A stretch of 64,000 nucleotides of DNA from the human T2T-CHM13v2.0 reference genome, Homo sapiens: the NCBI RefSeq assembly GCF_009914755.1, contig NC_060927.1; one strand, written 5' to 3'. The position numbers and the translations under genes were made by a program. Numbering within the stretch: the first letter of the stretch is position 1; every line of letters starts with the position of its first letter. The notes beneath the pieces were generated by a model. It had not been told where the DNA came from and ran no database searches. It saw nothing but the letters and a program-made list of their open reading frames with translations. Positions 30,571-43,974 of this stretch are shown here, one piece after another.

Positions 30571-32039
30571 AGATTTCCCTACCACAGTGACTGCATTTCA
30601 GAAGTAAATAGGTTTGTTTGGTAATAGTCAGAGTCATAGTTCCAGCAGCCATGATTGAAGGAAATGAATAGCCAAATGAGACAACCCATAATCTCCAGGT
30701 GAGCCCAAGTGACCTCTGTTCCTATGAAGGGACACAGGAGATGCAGATCCCTCAGCTGGCATAGTCTCTCAATTTCTCTTAAGGATGATGGTAATTCAAG
30801 GGTAGGATCTGAGCAGAGAAACTGATAAAGCCCAAATCCAAAACTGTTCGATTCAATTCATTTAGGGGTATGTGTGGTGTGGGAGAAGTCAGACAACTGA
30901 GCTGATTTGGAAAGGCTGACTAATGTTATTTATATGGCTGGTTATTTTTATTTATAGCCACAAGCTGAACCTAATTCTGGTTACCTACTTCACTTGAGAT
31001 ACTCTGACGTTGTTCACTAAATCTAAGGAGCTACTAATGGGCTCACTTACAATTTTTTTAAGGCCCCACTGTTCTTGACTTTAATGTACAAATAGATGTT
31101 TTTACAGGAAATGATGTTGGGTTTCTATAAGACTTGGAAAGTAAAGAACTACTAAAAACATAAGTGAAGGTTAAAAACAGGAAATAGTCAAATTATCTGA
31201 AGTATACTTTTCCACAAGTTTTATCATCAGAAGACCATGACTGGCATTTCTGGTGATCCATCTCACAGAGTGGAAAACAGAACCCGCATGGTGTCTCTCC
31301 TCACAGGGCGGTTATAGCCTCCGCTGAGATAATAGCTGTTCATAAGACAGTGTGAAAAGGATGGCATGGTGCCCTGTGTTTTTCAGTTGGGCTTATGTCA
31401 TCACCAATTGTTACCAGCTAAATATGTAGGTGATAAAAATAAAATCGTACTTTTGCGACAGCCACAATGGAGGAATTTTACCTTCAGACAGAGAGTTACA
31501 GTAGATCTGAAACATCCTGTCTCATTGTTTATCTCCATGACTATGTGTTGAGGTGCCACTCTGGATGAGCCCTTACAAAATATAGCATGAGTTTCTACTT
31601 AAAAACAAAAAAACAGTATGGAGCAAGTTCTTGGTGAAGAATATCACTTTGGTGAGAGTACAATTCTATTGTTTTGTGCCTTCAGAATATGAATGATGTG
31701 ACTGCTGATTAGAGTTTCTATAGAAGTTAGCACTTAGATAAAAGAATCTAACATTGTTAGCATTATAAACACAGAGGTAAGAGTTCAGGAAAATCATTAC
31801 TTTCAAAGTCTCTAATTCCAAAGTATGTTGACACAAAATTGTTTAACTCATTCAGAAAACTGGTACAGGATGTTCTTGTTAGTATGCATAGGCATTATAG
31901 TTTGCATTCATCTTTTCACAAATAATTAAAAATTATTGTGAAAAGCTCCTGGCAATGTTGTCCTGATTCACTTTTGTAAATAGACAGAGAAAATTCCCTT
32001 AATGCCTAGAAAGAACTTTTAAGAATGCCAGACACTTTC

Positions 32040-32235
32040 TTATTGAGCTTTCTTGAGATATAATTCATATACTATACAACTCACCTACTTAAAGTATCAG
32101 TTTCACGGTTTTAGTATATTATCAGAGTTGTACAAACATCATCACAATCTAGTTTTAGAACATTTTCTTCACACTCCCCAACCTCACCCCTCACTCCATC
32201 CCCAGCGAAAAGAAACCCTTACTTATTGGCAGTCA
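32040..32235 (-). mobile_element. L1MB-type 3' end
   Basis: ttgagatataattcatatac...agagttgtacaaacatcatcacaatctagttttagaacatttt. Confidence 0.8.
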
Positions 32236-32360
32236 AGAGGGGTAAACTTTAGCAGTGTCCTCTCTTTCCTTAAAAAAAAAAAAAAATCATTGAAAGGATT
32301 AAGAATTACTTAGCTGTTTAGACACAGGAGCTGAATGTACTTTTGAGGGAGTAGCTTGAG

Positions 32361-32379
32361 ATTGCCATCTGGTGCCCAA
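32361..32379 (-). promoter_or_regulatory. candidate CTCF motif
   Basis: Minus strand GGGCACCAGATGGCAAT is close to the CCASYAGRKGGCR core; motif match only. Confidence 0.35.
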
Positions 32380-32444
32380 AGCAGTCCCCTGTACAGTGTG
32401 TTTGTCCATAAGGGTCTCTGAACCATCAATCAGTGCTCACAGTC

Positions 32445-32590
32445 ATGAACACGAACATATTTACTACGTGCCTGGCACTGTAAGTGGTTCATGTATATAA
32501 CTCACTTAATTCACCTGACAACCCTATGAGGTAAGTATTATTACTATCCCTACTTCAAAGTAGACAAACTGAAAAATAAAGTTAAATGCT
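32445..32590 (-). mobile_element. MIR SINE
   Basis: ttactacgtgcctggcactg, acaaccctatgaggtaagtattattactatccc. Confidence 0.82.
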
Positions 32591-32645
32591 TAAGAAGTGT
32601 TATTACATTTTTTTTTACTTTACCAGCCCAGTAATTTGGTATTCT

Positions 32646-32732
32646 CTTTTTTTTAAAAATTTTTTATTATACTTTAAGTTTTAGGGTACATGTGCACATT
32701 GTGCAGGTTAGTTACATATGTATACATGTGCC
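32646..32732 (-). mobile_element. ~85-bp young L1 (L1PA2/L1HS-like) 3' tip
   Basis: ttattatactttaagttttagggtacatgtgcacattgtgcaggttagttacatatgtatacatgtgcc, essentially undiverged from the recalled young L1 3' end. Confidence 0.9.
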
Positions 32733-32964
32733 CGTTGGACTGCAATGCTGTTTTCTCTGTTCCATCTAAAAATCAGTCAGAATTCAAGAACTTCCTCTAC
32801 AAATACTTTTTGGGCAATTTTAATATGAAATTTAGTGTTGACTTGCAGTCCTCGACTATGAAAATCTTTGTAAAATGAGGTTGGGTGTCTAATTTCTACT
32901 GCACTTAGCTTATAAATGTATTATACATATAGCATGCTGCAGCTGGTCGTAGGCTCCTCCAGAC

Positions 32965-33200
32965 ACAGGGTATTTCCAGTGCTTCCTGTAAAGGTTACTT
33001 GCTTGGAACTTGAAACACATTTTCCACAGACATAATGTTTTCAGTAGTTGCAAAGTCCTCTGGCTAGTCTACAAATACTCAAAATGGGCTTGAAAGTACA
33101 ACCTTGAAACCACTGAGTCATAGATTCATTACAGTTTAAGGCTATTAACTACTCTGTAGAGCAAGGATTACCTTTGCAGAGATTCTGAATTCCAACAGAA
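32965..33200. mobile_element. possible Tigger-family DNA transposon fragment
   Basis: gaaacacatttttccacagacataatg resembles the Tigger subterminal motif. Confidence 0.35.
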
Positions 33201-33743
33201 GCCCCCTCTACCTGTCTGCACCTTTGCCCCCTTTAAAGGAGAAGGAAGTTGTACATAGTGTGTTTCTGCACATACAGAATTCAGAGGGAAACCAAGCTAA
33301 TCTCTCTTGGCTCTTAATCTCTAGAGTTAGAGCAGAAAAATAACCCAAGTGGGAAGCAAATGGGATACTTCCTATGATTACAGCATTGGGACTGTGAGAT
33401 TCAGACAGCAATGGGGTGTGGGTGGGGGTGTCTGTGTACGTGTGTGTGTGTGTGCATACATATGTGCATGGGATCAAGCACATTTGTAGAAGGGGGATGG
33501 AAAAGGCAGAGGCTGTATGCAGACTTGCTGTCTCTTTCTCTTTGAGAAAAGATAGCTTTTTACATATGATAGAATTATGGAAAATACAAGGTGGATTTGT
33601 CCAGAAGACAAATAATTTTTGTTTGTAAATTACTTCTCAACTGGGAAAAAAGTTATGGATGGCCTGAAACCTATGCAATGCCATTAAATTCCTATCTCAT
33701 CGTTCTAGGCCTACTGTTAGGTAGACACTATAAGTGCTACGCA

Positions 33744-33778
<35 letters not shown>
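33744..33778. repeat. (GT)n microsatellite
   Basis: Visible; a second imperfect GT tract lies at 33413-33453. Confidence 0.95.
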
Positions 33779-33781
<3 letters not shown>

Positions 33782-33984
33782 CTTCAAACCATTCGATTCC
33801 AATTAGTAGAATACAGATATTAAATAGGAGTCTGCATTACATCATAGCTATGTTGTTCGTGCCTTATTTCCTCTTCTAATTTTGAAGGATAAGTTGTTTT
33901 CTTACTTTCCCAACCCCCACAGAACAAAGGACAGTGCCTCTCAAAGGACAGCCTCTCACCAAGTATTTTCTGAATTAAATGTTC

Positions 33985-34270
33985 TAAATAATGAAATAAT
34001 ATAGGGCTACCCAAAGGAGAGCACACTTAATTATTGCAGAAGTGATAGGTACATCTTCATGTGGGAGATTGCATTTGAGGTCAGTCCTAAAAAAGATGGA
34101 AAGGACATTGAGAAATGGATAAATCAGAAAGGTACCCATGTAGGAGAAGGCACATATACCAGAAAGCAGAGCCACTAAAGGGGAATATAGGGAAATCTGC
34201 TTAGCTAGACATGGAGTGCTAGTGGGAGGGGAGATGTAGAACAAGTGCAGAACAGCTGCATTGGTTGAAA
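33985..34270 (-). mobile_element. L2 fragment
   Basis: gcatttgaggtcagtcctaaaaaagatggaaaggacattgaga...agaaggcacatataccagaaag. Confidence 0.6.
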
Positions 34271-36299
34271 AGGGAAGATTTAGGTTTTTTCTTTTAAAAT
34301 ATTTAAAAAACATGTGCCTGGTAAAATAATGAACTTTGTCTTAGACTCAAAAGCCTGTATCCACAGTCATAATTAAATGGATCTTGCACTGCACTCTTTT
34401 TGCATTCATGGAAAAGCCTCCTTCCTCACCAACAGCGATTGAGTAAAGAATTGTGGTTTTCCTAATTATACATGCAACTTGGGGTAAAAGACCGGGACCT
34501 ATGAGTCTCTGCATGACATGAGGACATAAAGGGTAACTCTTATTCTTTCACCATGAAAATTATGCTGCTTTACAATGTCATGTACATAGAAATGGGCAAC
34601 ATAAAGCCCCAAAGAATATTCAAGTGTAGGCTCTTTAAAAATGTATGTTTCTTTAAACATAGAAGAAAGATATTTCCAAAATAAGTGGGGTGCCATTTAA
34701 CTTAACAGGGCCCTGCAATTCATTGGCATAAGGGAAACAAGATGAACAAAATATGGTGCTAAGGAATTTTCCTTATCTCCTGAGAGTCTGCCCTGAATAA
34801 TTTATTTTCATATATAGACATATGCATGTATATGTAAAATCTGAAAACATTCCAAAGATATTTGATAACTTTCAGGAGTATTCTTATAGCCCTGCCTTAA
34901 GGTCTTAGAAAGGCCAACAACCATATCATTGGGAAAACATGGTTAATTTATTTGCTAGTTACTAATTTTTCTCCTTGTTAGTGATTTTATCATAGTGAAA
35001 AAATTTTTCATATCAAAATTCTGGTTTGGAGAAATGAAATGTCATTTCTATTAAAATTGCCTCTAGAATAGAGTAATTGAAGAAAGTATATAGCATTTGG
35101 ACTTAATAGACACAAGTACATATATTTTTCTTGAAATATTCCTCAGGAAGGAGAGGCATAGACTAAAATGTTTGATAGCTTTTAGATCTTGAAAATAATA
35201 ATGTTAAAACTCTATAATTTTATAAAATATATTTTTATTAGAAAGTTACAATTTTGTATGTGGTTAATGCCTCGTAATTTTATGTATTTTTCCAGTGTTA
35301 CAATGAGAAACTTAAGCTTCCTGTCTGAAGTCATCATAGTTAAAATGGCATGTCAGGAAGTCAGTCTATTATCGGTCTACCCAGATGTTTCTTCAACTTG
35401 TCCGAGGCTGCCTGCAACTAATTTGCTTCCTTTAAAAACACAGGGACTTTCCCATTCCCTTTATGACCATTCTCAAGTTTAGAACACAGTATTTGCCCCA
35501 GCATCTCATTCACTTTTCTAAGTGACTGGTGAATGTGTGTGTGTGCCTTTCTCTCATCTCCGGAAAAGTGTGTCACTGCAGCTTCCTTGGTCAGAAATGT
35601 CCTTCTTGCCAAAAGGAAATGCATTGTTCTTTTTAAAATATTGAAAAAAATTGAAAACCCTCAAGCCAATCTAGAAGTATCTCACAATAATATCATCATG
35701 TAAGATAATTTATTAGAGGTTTGTGTGACCTTTCATTTAAGGTCTCACCTGATTTTTCTTTGCACTTTCTATTGCCAAATAAGATGGCTCCAGAGGATCA
35801 GTGGGAAATGCCGCAATTTTGCATTTAATTTGTTTGTTGAATTTGCTGCTGAACACTGCATGCTTTGGAAGGTGTAGAGAATGAATAAAACCATAAGCAG
35901 CAGATAAGGAGACCTGAGAATTCAGCCATCTCTGCCAGTCTTGTCCCCAAGATTAGGACTCTGAAGGGCTACGTGTTAAACCACATGTAAAGTATTTTAT
36001 GTCTTTGTCAAGCAGTGTGTCTTGCTTGAGGTAAATGTTCACTGAGGTGATAGAAAGCAATCTCAGTAAATCACGGACTTAGCTTATTTCCCCACATGGC
36101 TGTCTGCTAATATGTTCCATGCAGTCTCTGTCTACTAATTTCATTCCCTCCAAAAAAATCTCCTTTAATCTGCTTTTCTTGGCTTTCATGCTCAATCATA
36201 TTATTTAAGTACTAAATTAATTTCCACCTACCTTTAATAGCTTTCATAGGAAAGAGGGAATAATAATACTTGAACAATTTATGTAGGTAATCTCTCATA

Positions 36300-36500
36300 T
36301 AATAGAAAAGAACACACTTTAGGAGTCAAACTCACACATCAGTTCAAATGCTACCTCTATGAAATAAAAATCCTTTTAATATCAGTTTCCTTATTTGCAA
36401 AATGGCAGCATCACAGCTACCTCAGAAGATTGCAGTAAAAATCAGAGTATATTTAAAGTATACACAAGAATGCCTGGAGTCCAACAAGCATTGATAACTT
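36300..36500 (+). mobile_element. MIR SINE
   Basis: aggagtcaaac, tcagtttccttatttgcaaaatgg and ctacctcagaagattg. Confidence 0.72.
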
Positions 36501-36729
36501 ACTCTTACATGCCAGGTGTTGTACTGACTGGGTTCTAATGTCGCAAAGAATAAGGTAGTGTCCCTCCTTTCAATGAGACCATATTCTATGAAGTAAAGAT
36601 AAAAGATACTGAAGAGGATGCAAAAAAGGTAGCTATCATTATTAAACTACTTTATTCTGTTGCCAAACCCTGTTTTCACGATATTAAAACCAGAAAACGT
36701 CATCAGTGTAGCCCTAATAGATGTCTAAA

Positions 36730-37270
36730 CAAATTGCCATAGGAGAAAGGCTGGAAGAATCCCATCTTCTTCAGGGAGAAGTATAATAGAGAAGAATCCA
36801 GGAAAGCTTTAAGATAAAAGTAATTTTTGAGCTGAACTTTACAGAGAAGCAGGGAGAAGGTGCTCCAAGAGACAGGAACACCATGCAAAGGCACAGGGTA
36901 TGAGATTGCACAGCAGGCAGTCACTAGCCAGAAGTCCTCTAAGATGACAGTACAGTATATAGCAGGAAGGGAGGCTGGAGCAGCAAGGAACTCAGGTGTC
37001 AATGGCTTTGCATGACATATCAAAGAGTTTAAAATTAGGCTAGCAGCAACGGAGAAACACTGATGACTAAGAGGAAAAGAGCAATGCGATGAGATCTATG
37101 CCCTAGAATGGAAGCTCTATTTGCAGCATAGAGAGTAGAATGGATGGTGGCTAGGCCAGAGGAAAGGAGACACGTTAGAAGAGTATTGGAGAACAATAGA
37201 GATGATGACTAAAACTAGAGAGATACTGGTGAGAATGGAAGGGAAGGGAACAATCTGAGAGACATTTTGG
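36730..37270 (-). mobile_element. L2 fragment
   Basis: tttgagctgaacttt, aggaacaccatgcaaaggcacag, ggaggctggagcag and ggagacacgttagaagagtattg. Confidence 0.72.
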
Positions 37271-37659
37271 GACATGCTTTATTAGCATACCTGGTCAAAT
37301 GATCAGAAAAAGAATATTTACCTCCTCACTTTCACTTATTAAAATATAGTCATGGAGTAGCTCTCCGTAGTAAGAGCCCCTTGGAGACACCCTCTATATT
37401 TCTTTGGGGAATAGGAGGAACTGAGGAAAGATGGGAGGCAGGCAGAGAAATCTGTCTGCTCATCTGTTTTCACTACCAAGAACCCCTTCATTCTCACCTC
37501 CATTTAAAGCTCTCAGTATGTCATAGTGCAGACTTTCAGGAAATAGAAAAGAATAGAGAAGGATGATTGGGGTGGGGAGGAGGGGTAGAAGCAGCAGGGA
37601 GAGGGACACTTCAGGGCTTTGGGGACAACAGAATTATGTTCTGAGGACAGAAGGCCAGG

Positions 37660-37870
37660 GCCAAGAGGCTTTACCACTTACCAGCTGTGTGACCTTGGGA
37701 AAGCCACTTAATGTCACAGAACTCTAGCAGCATCATCTGTGGCAGGAAGACAAGGACAAATAACACCTGCCCTGCCTGCCCTTCCTTCACAGAGATGTGA
37801 AAGGAAATGGAAGGAACTCATATGCCTGAAAATTCTTTGCAAAAGAGCTACATGAATGTAAAGAATTATA
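37660..37870 (+). mobile_element. MIR SINE
   Basis: ccacttaccagctgtgtgaccttgggaaagccacttaa. Confidence 0.8.
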
Positions 37871-38314
37871 ATCAAGGGATCACAAATGTTGATATAATGG
37901 GCATCTCACTTTTATGGAAATGAGAGAGACAGTGTCTGCTCTCCAAAATATGTTTATTTCATAAAGACGTATTCAAATCCACAAAGGCATGCATAATTCA
38001 CTGGAGGCGTGAAGAGCAGAGCTAAATCTAACCACTTAATTTAAGCTTGCTATGTGAGATTTCTACATGCTGTTGTGGAAAAAACACAAAATCTGGATTT
38101 ATTATATAATGAGCTTATTGTCTAATGATATAATCAGACTGGGAGCTCCTTAAGGGCTTATACAGCATTATAAGACTGAAGTTCCCATTTTTCTCATCAG
38201 CAAGATGAAAACAACACTTAACTCACAGTAGTAACTATGTAAACTAACATAGATAATAATACTTAGTACAATACTTGACGTAAAAATGGGATTCTCTAAG
38301 TGTTAGTATCTCCA

Positions 38315-38920
38315 CATTTATTCATCTATCCATCATTTAGCAAATAAGTAGTATATGTCTAGTGTGCAGATACCACTCCAGGATTTGATAGAACAGAAAT
38401 TAAGAATAACAAGTTCCCACCCTCATGGAGTCTATACTATAGCCAGAGAAATAAAACAAGAAAACAAAACAAAAACGAAATGAAAAACACACTATAACAC
38501 ATTCTATGAAGGACATAAAAAGATGCTGTGGCATCAGGGTAGGTGACGTCAGGGTAGATGACAGGTGGCTATTTTAAAAAGAAGACTCAGGGAAGGTCTT
38601 TCTGAGGATGTGACATTAAGCTGAGATTGAGGAATGTAATGGAACCACTCATAAAAAGACAGGAAGCTAGTATTCTGGGCAGAAGAATCAGCAGGTAGAG
38701 AGGACCAGTGGCAGAAATCTTGGAATGTTTGAGCCACTGGAAGAGAGCTGGGGTGGGTGGAAAGCAGCAAGTAAGAGGGATTGTGGTAGAGGTAAAGATG
38801 GGGAGAAGCAGAGGCCACTGGGTCATGCAGGCCCCGGGTATTGTTGTGAGAGTTTGAAGTTCATTTTGAGTTCAATGGGGAGACACTGAGGGATTGTAAA
38901 AAACTGACATGATCTGAATT
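38315..38920 (-). mobile_element. L2 (L2a-like) 3' region
   Basis: atttattcatctatccatcatttagcaaata start; ccctcatggagtctatact; tcagggaaggtctttctgaggatgtgacattaagctgaga. Confidence 0.85.
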
Positions 38921-40289
38921 ACAGCACCTACCTCTGTACCTAATGTATAATCAGCACTGGAAAAATGAATACCATAAATATTCTGAACATTTTACATTCA
39001 CAGTGTCCTTTATCATAAAGATGTGGCTAATTGATACAAAGCAATGCAATATCAAAATAATACCCACCTTATTTCAATAGTTTGCCATTTCTCTGAATGA
39101 ACTTATTAATTATGAGATCTACCCAAGAACGAGTCATGCCTAGGTCTGATATACTTAACTATTTTCATTAACTAGGTAAAAATCTTTAAAGTAATTTCTA
39201 GAGTACTTAATAGTCTAGCACGAAATCTGACTCAAAAGAAATAGCTCTTTGCTGCAACAGGCTTTTTTTTTTTTTTTCTTTCCCTGTTACCTATTTTCCT
39301 TCCTAAAACCACATGAAAGAAAACGAAGAGGAAGGGGTTGTTTCTTTCAGTGACCTGCTATTACTAAACTGACCAATACTAAGAAGCAATTTTTTTTGCC
39401 GGCCTAATGTAGTTATGAAGCCATTTAGGAAGGGAAGAAAATATATGTCCTACTTCTCTCCCTCTCACCTTGATTAAGCTTTTCACGATGTGTGGTGCCT
39501 GTCTTCAGGTCTAGCCCTATGGTGTCCCTTCCTGTGACAGGCTTTTGTTTGACTGGTAGAAACTGCTCTGTGTTTCCGTGTGGCAACCTTCCACTTGGCT
39601 GGATTCCTTCTCATATCCATTCCTATTCTCTCATTTGTTTTTATTTCTTTTCTTTTTCTCTCTTAGAGAGTCAAAGTATATAAAATTTCTGATGAAATTG
39701 TGTTAGGACAAAGTTTTCATATTCTGTGATAGTTCTTCCTGTGGTTTTAACTAACTGAGTGTTTCTGGATATACTCTCAGCAGTGGGTCATGATTTTTCT
39801 TACTTTAAAAGCCAGTAGAAAAAATGTTCAGTTTGTAAGGAAAGTTCACCATCACTAGGCTCATGAGCAGTGGTGAAATCGTCATTCAATGAACAGACGC
39901 CTCAGGTGGGCTGAGTCTCTTTCCATCTTCATCCCCAGCTGGTCCCAGAGGGAGACCATATAATTAGGTTAAACTGGGGACATAAAGATGTAAACAGTGA
40001 CTTGAACAAATGCATAGGGCAAGGAATCTTTTCTTTTGAATGGAGGCAGTGGGAACTAATTAATAAGTAGAAATTCATATGAGGAGTAATTGCAAAAAAT
40101 AATAGTTATAGCCATCAAAAGTGAAATTACCTAACAGCTTCTCTTGTGCTTGGAAGCAGAAACTGTCTTACAGCTTATAAAATATGGTTATGTGTATCAT
40201 CACATTTGGTTTTCACAACTCTCACTTTGAGAAAGTTTGAATCATGCCATGATTAAATTGATGGAGAAAGTTTGCATAGGGGTGGGGCA

Positions 40290-40480
40290 CACACCCTGGT
40301 CTCTGTATGTGTGATCTTGGGCAAGTCACTTCACCTGTGAGAGGCTGAGTACCCTGCAGTATCACATGGAAATAATAAAAATACCTGCTTCGGGGGTCCT
40401 ATGAAGAACTATCAAGATAATGCATGTTGAAAATTCACTATACTTTCTAGTACACAGTGACCACATAAGAAATATTATTT
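40290..40480 (+). mobile_element. MIR SINE
   Basis: tgtgtgatcttgggcaagtcacttcacct, aataataaaaatacct. Confidence 0.78.
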
Positions 40481-41049
40481 TTGTTGTTATAACAACCATA
40501 AAAAATTAATTTCAGCCCCAAACCTGACTTTGGATCCCATAATTTAAACCTTTGGAAGTTTGGAAGATTTTATCAGTTGTCTTTTTTCTCACACTTAGTA
40601 GATATTAAATGACTTGCATTTGAATGAACATTTTTCCCCCAACCTTGAGATCAGTTATCACATAATAAGGCTGTGGCAGCCACATTTTTGGGGAGGACCT
40701 TGTACCAAAAGGCTTATTCTTGTCTTTTTAGTAAATTCAAACTCTCTGCTCTCATCCCAATCATATCGTCATCTCTGCCTAGACTGACTGAGTGGACTCT
40801 GCTAAAATATTTTTGTTAGAGGTGCTGGACTCACATAGGATAACAGGGTCTAATTCAGAAGAGAGCCCCTACACTACCTCCTGAACCCACTCATCAGAGA
40901 AGGGATCTCACTCCCATATCTGGCTATGCCTTATCCCTTTCCCTAAGGAAAATGCTATCTTTCCCCTTCAATTTTCCCAGCCAGCCTCTTTTGTGTAAGT
41001 AACAGTATGTGTTCTTTATCCCTAAAGAGATAAGACTTAAACAATTCTC

Positions 41050-41398
41050 TTCCAGAAACCACAAACCAGTCTCCAGAGGTTTAATGCAGTCACAGAAGTG
41101 TTTTGTTTTGGCCTATACATTGTATTACAAAATTAACCCAACATTTAGAAAATCCTATTTTAGTTGAGGTCTGATTTCCTGGCTTCTCTTGAACTATCAG
41201 TATACATGGGGGTATGGGACTCATGTTTCCATATGCAATGATGAACTGGAGTTGATCAGAAGCTGCGCTCTTTGAGGATCAAGTGCTCTTCAGTTTGGAA
41301 TGATCCCCACCACTCCTTTTTGGGTTTCACCTTGCCCACTTCACTTATTTACATGTTCTGCCTGGACTCTATAGGCATTTGGGTTTGGAACTCCTTGT
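41050..41398. mobile_element. MER102-like hAT-Charlie element
   Basis: gatttcctggcttctcttgaa, tccccaccactcc and ccacttcacttatttacatgttctgcctggactctataggcatttgggtttggaactcc. Confidence 0.72.
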
Positions 41399-42670
41399 GC
41401 TACGTACTCCAGGATTTCATAATCATTCCTTTCTCTGTCTGTAAATTTTTCATTATGCTCTGTTTTCTTTTTAAGCTTCAACAGAGCAAGAATTCTCACT
41501 AATGAATAAGTTCAACGCTTTGCACATGACTATGTTCCCCATGGAGTTACTGTTCTGGAGCCAGGACAAGCACATCCGCTTACTGTGAATTGCCTGGGCA
41601 CTCTGATCACACCATGCTTCTCACTCCTCCATCTGTCCTGCCTCGTAAGGGAGCAGAGTCTTACTCAGTTTTGTATTACTCAAGTTATTATTTAATTTTG
41701 ATCACTGATCTTTAAAGTAGGTATGGAAACACAGCACATTCTTAGAGTTCAACAGCAATTGCTAAACCCTAGCCCCCAGCTTCTTGTCATTTTGAAGTTA
41801 AAAGTTACTATGTCATCATAACTTTGTTCTATATCTCCCAGTCACACAACCATTACCATTCATTGATTACGAGATACCTCTTAACCCAGTGCTTTGTAGA
41901 ATCCTCAGCTATTTATATCAGGTCACATCAAATAAACACCATTTATCTTCAGTCTTCCCCTTACCACCAAGAGGCCTATTTTATTCATGCACTTTTATAC
42001 TTATAATCTACTTCTAAAAAGTAAGATGTGGCTATAAGGGAAACAAAGTAAAATAAAACCCAAAGACCAATAAGACAAAGGAAGCAAGTATATGGTTGGA
42101 GAAATGAAAATGAAAGGTAATAATATTCTAAAACTGGATAAATGACAGCTACTACAAGTCAGTACAAAACTTAACTCTGAGTTTTCTGACAGGCAAGAAG
42201 ATCAGGAAACATGCCCATCACTCCATGCCTGCATTATTTTAATAATTTCCTTGCTGATCTTCCTGCTTCCACTAGTATAAACACATTGGATGCCTCTGTC
42301 AGATTACTGCTTAAAAAAAAAATCTATATTTTAACAATTTCAGTCCCTTGCTTACCCTTTCACTTTCAAATGGTTCCATCCATACAAGCACATGTCAAAG
42401 GTGGGTAAAATGATGTCTGGAAAAAGCAATTAGCCTATGACTTAGAATCCATCCAGAATGCAATGAGTTTCCCTCTTGCCTTCTGCGGCCCTATTCCTAT
42501 CTGGGCTACACTACTTTTTCTTAGTCTGGCATCCCTTGTTCAGACACAATCATACTGTAGCTGAGATCCTGGTTTATCCTCAACCAGGAGGAGTCTAGAG
42601 ATACCTGAGAATATGCTGTCAACACACCAGAAGTTTACATATATGAGGAGTGTCTAAGTAAAGAAAGGAT

Positions 42671-42866
42671 TGCCAGGCATGGTGGCTCACACCTGTAATC
42701 CTAGCACTTTGGCAGGCCGAGGCAGGCAGATCACGAGGTCAGGAGTTCGAGACCAGTCTCGAATGGCCAATATGATGAAACCCCATCTCTACTAAAAATA
42801 CAAAAATTAGCCAGGCATGGTGGTGCGCGTCTGTAGTCCCAGCTACTTGGGAGGCGGAGGTTGCAG
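42671..42866 (+). mobile_element. rearranged, 3'-truncated Alu (AluSg-like)
   Basis: Left monomer intact (gatcacgagg); right monomer jumps gggaggc to ggaggttgcag; no tail. Confidence 0.93.
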
Positions 42867-43974
42867 CACAGCACACTTAATAGGGTAATGTAGCTTTAGA
42901 GGTGAGGAGAAGAAAAGTATGAACATAGCATGATGTTTACTACTAATTTTCACCTTCATGTCCAGCTCCCTCCCCTGTTACCCGTGACTGGACTCATGAC
43001 TGAGCCCTGGGAGGTATGTGAATAGGGTGTGGAGCTATAAGTAAAAACTGAAACAACTTGTTTTACTTTAATCTATAATCAGGGGTGCACATATCTGTGA
43101 TCTAGGACACATGACTATAATGATTGTAGTAACAAAGATGACCAGAGATTCCCTGGATTCCCAGTAGACAACTATGAAGCTTCAGTAGCTTGAGCTCCAT
43201 CCCTCAGAGGCAGTGGGGACAGCCTGCTCAGCACAAACCTCCTCCTCGATGCTTGATGGCAGGGGTGATAAACAGCAGGCATGGCAGGGACAGCAGGAAT
43301 GAGTGATGGTCCTATTCTAGGGGAAGAGTGTAAGACACTGGAAAGAGAAATAGAGAGATCCAAATATGGATGCCACATGGTAACTGATTAGATTCATTTG
43401 TGAGTTCAGATAGAATATCCTTTGCACTTCAGTAAACTATTCGTGGGACATTCAGGGTCTAATAATCCTATATTAATAAGAGAATTCCTAGGCAGGTTAC
43501 ATTGACATGAATCCCCCACAATATGTACTTTTATTAGGGAAAAAAGACTCTTACCACCATACTACATAAATTCCTTCTCTGAGATCCATGGGACAGACCA
43601 CCTAGGCCATTACCAAACTGGAATGTCCTTCATGAATCAGAGCTTACATCTTCTCATTTGGACTCACCTTTCCCTCCCAATCACTGCTCTCCTACTGCTG
43701 CTCTCTGGAACAAGGTTGCCTCCCTTCTACCCAGTGTCCAGTCACATCTGTTCATTTTCTTGTGCTTTTCTCACTTCCAAGTGTTCATTTGCCTACTGAC
43801 ATCAAGTTGATGCTTCTAAATATCAGAAATTTTACTAATCATTCCCTGTATTTTCATTTCTAAGCATCATTATCAGGCATGTACCTCAGTGTTGCTTTGG
43901 AGTTACTAGTTGTGTATGCATTTTCAGCTTAATCACTTTAACTTAGACTTTAAGTAACACAGAAGAAAAATGCC

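Noticed and set aside
31329-31343. 15-bp exact match (ataatagctgttcat) to the left arm of the inverted repeat
   Set aside because: Does not extend on either side; plausible by chance in AT-rich sequence
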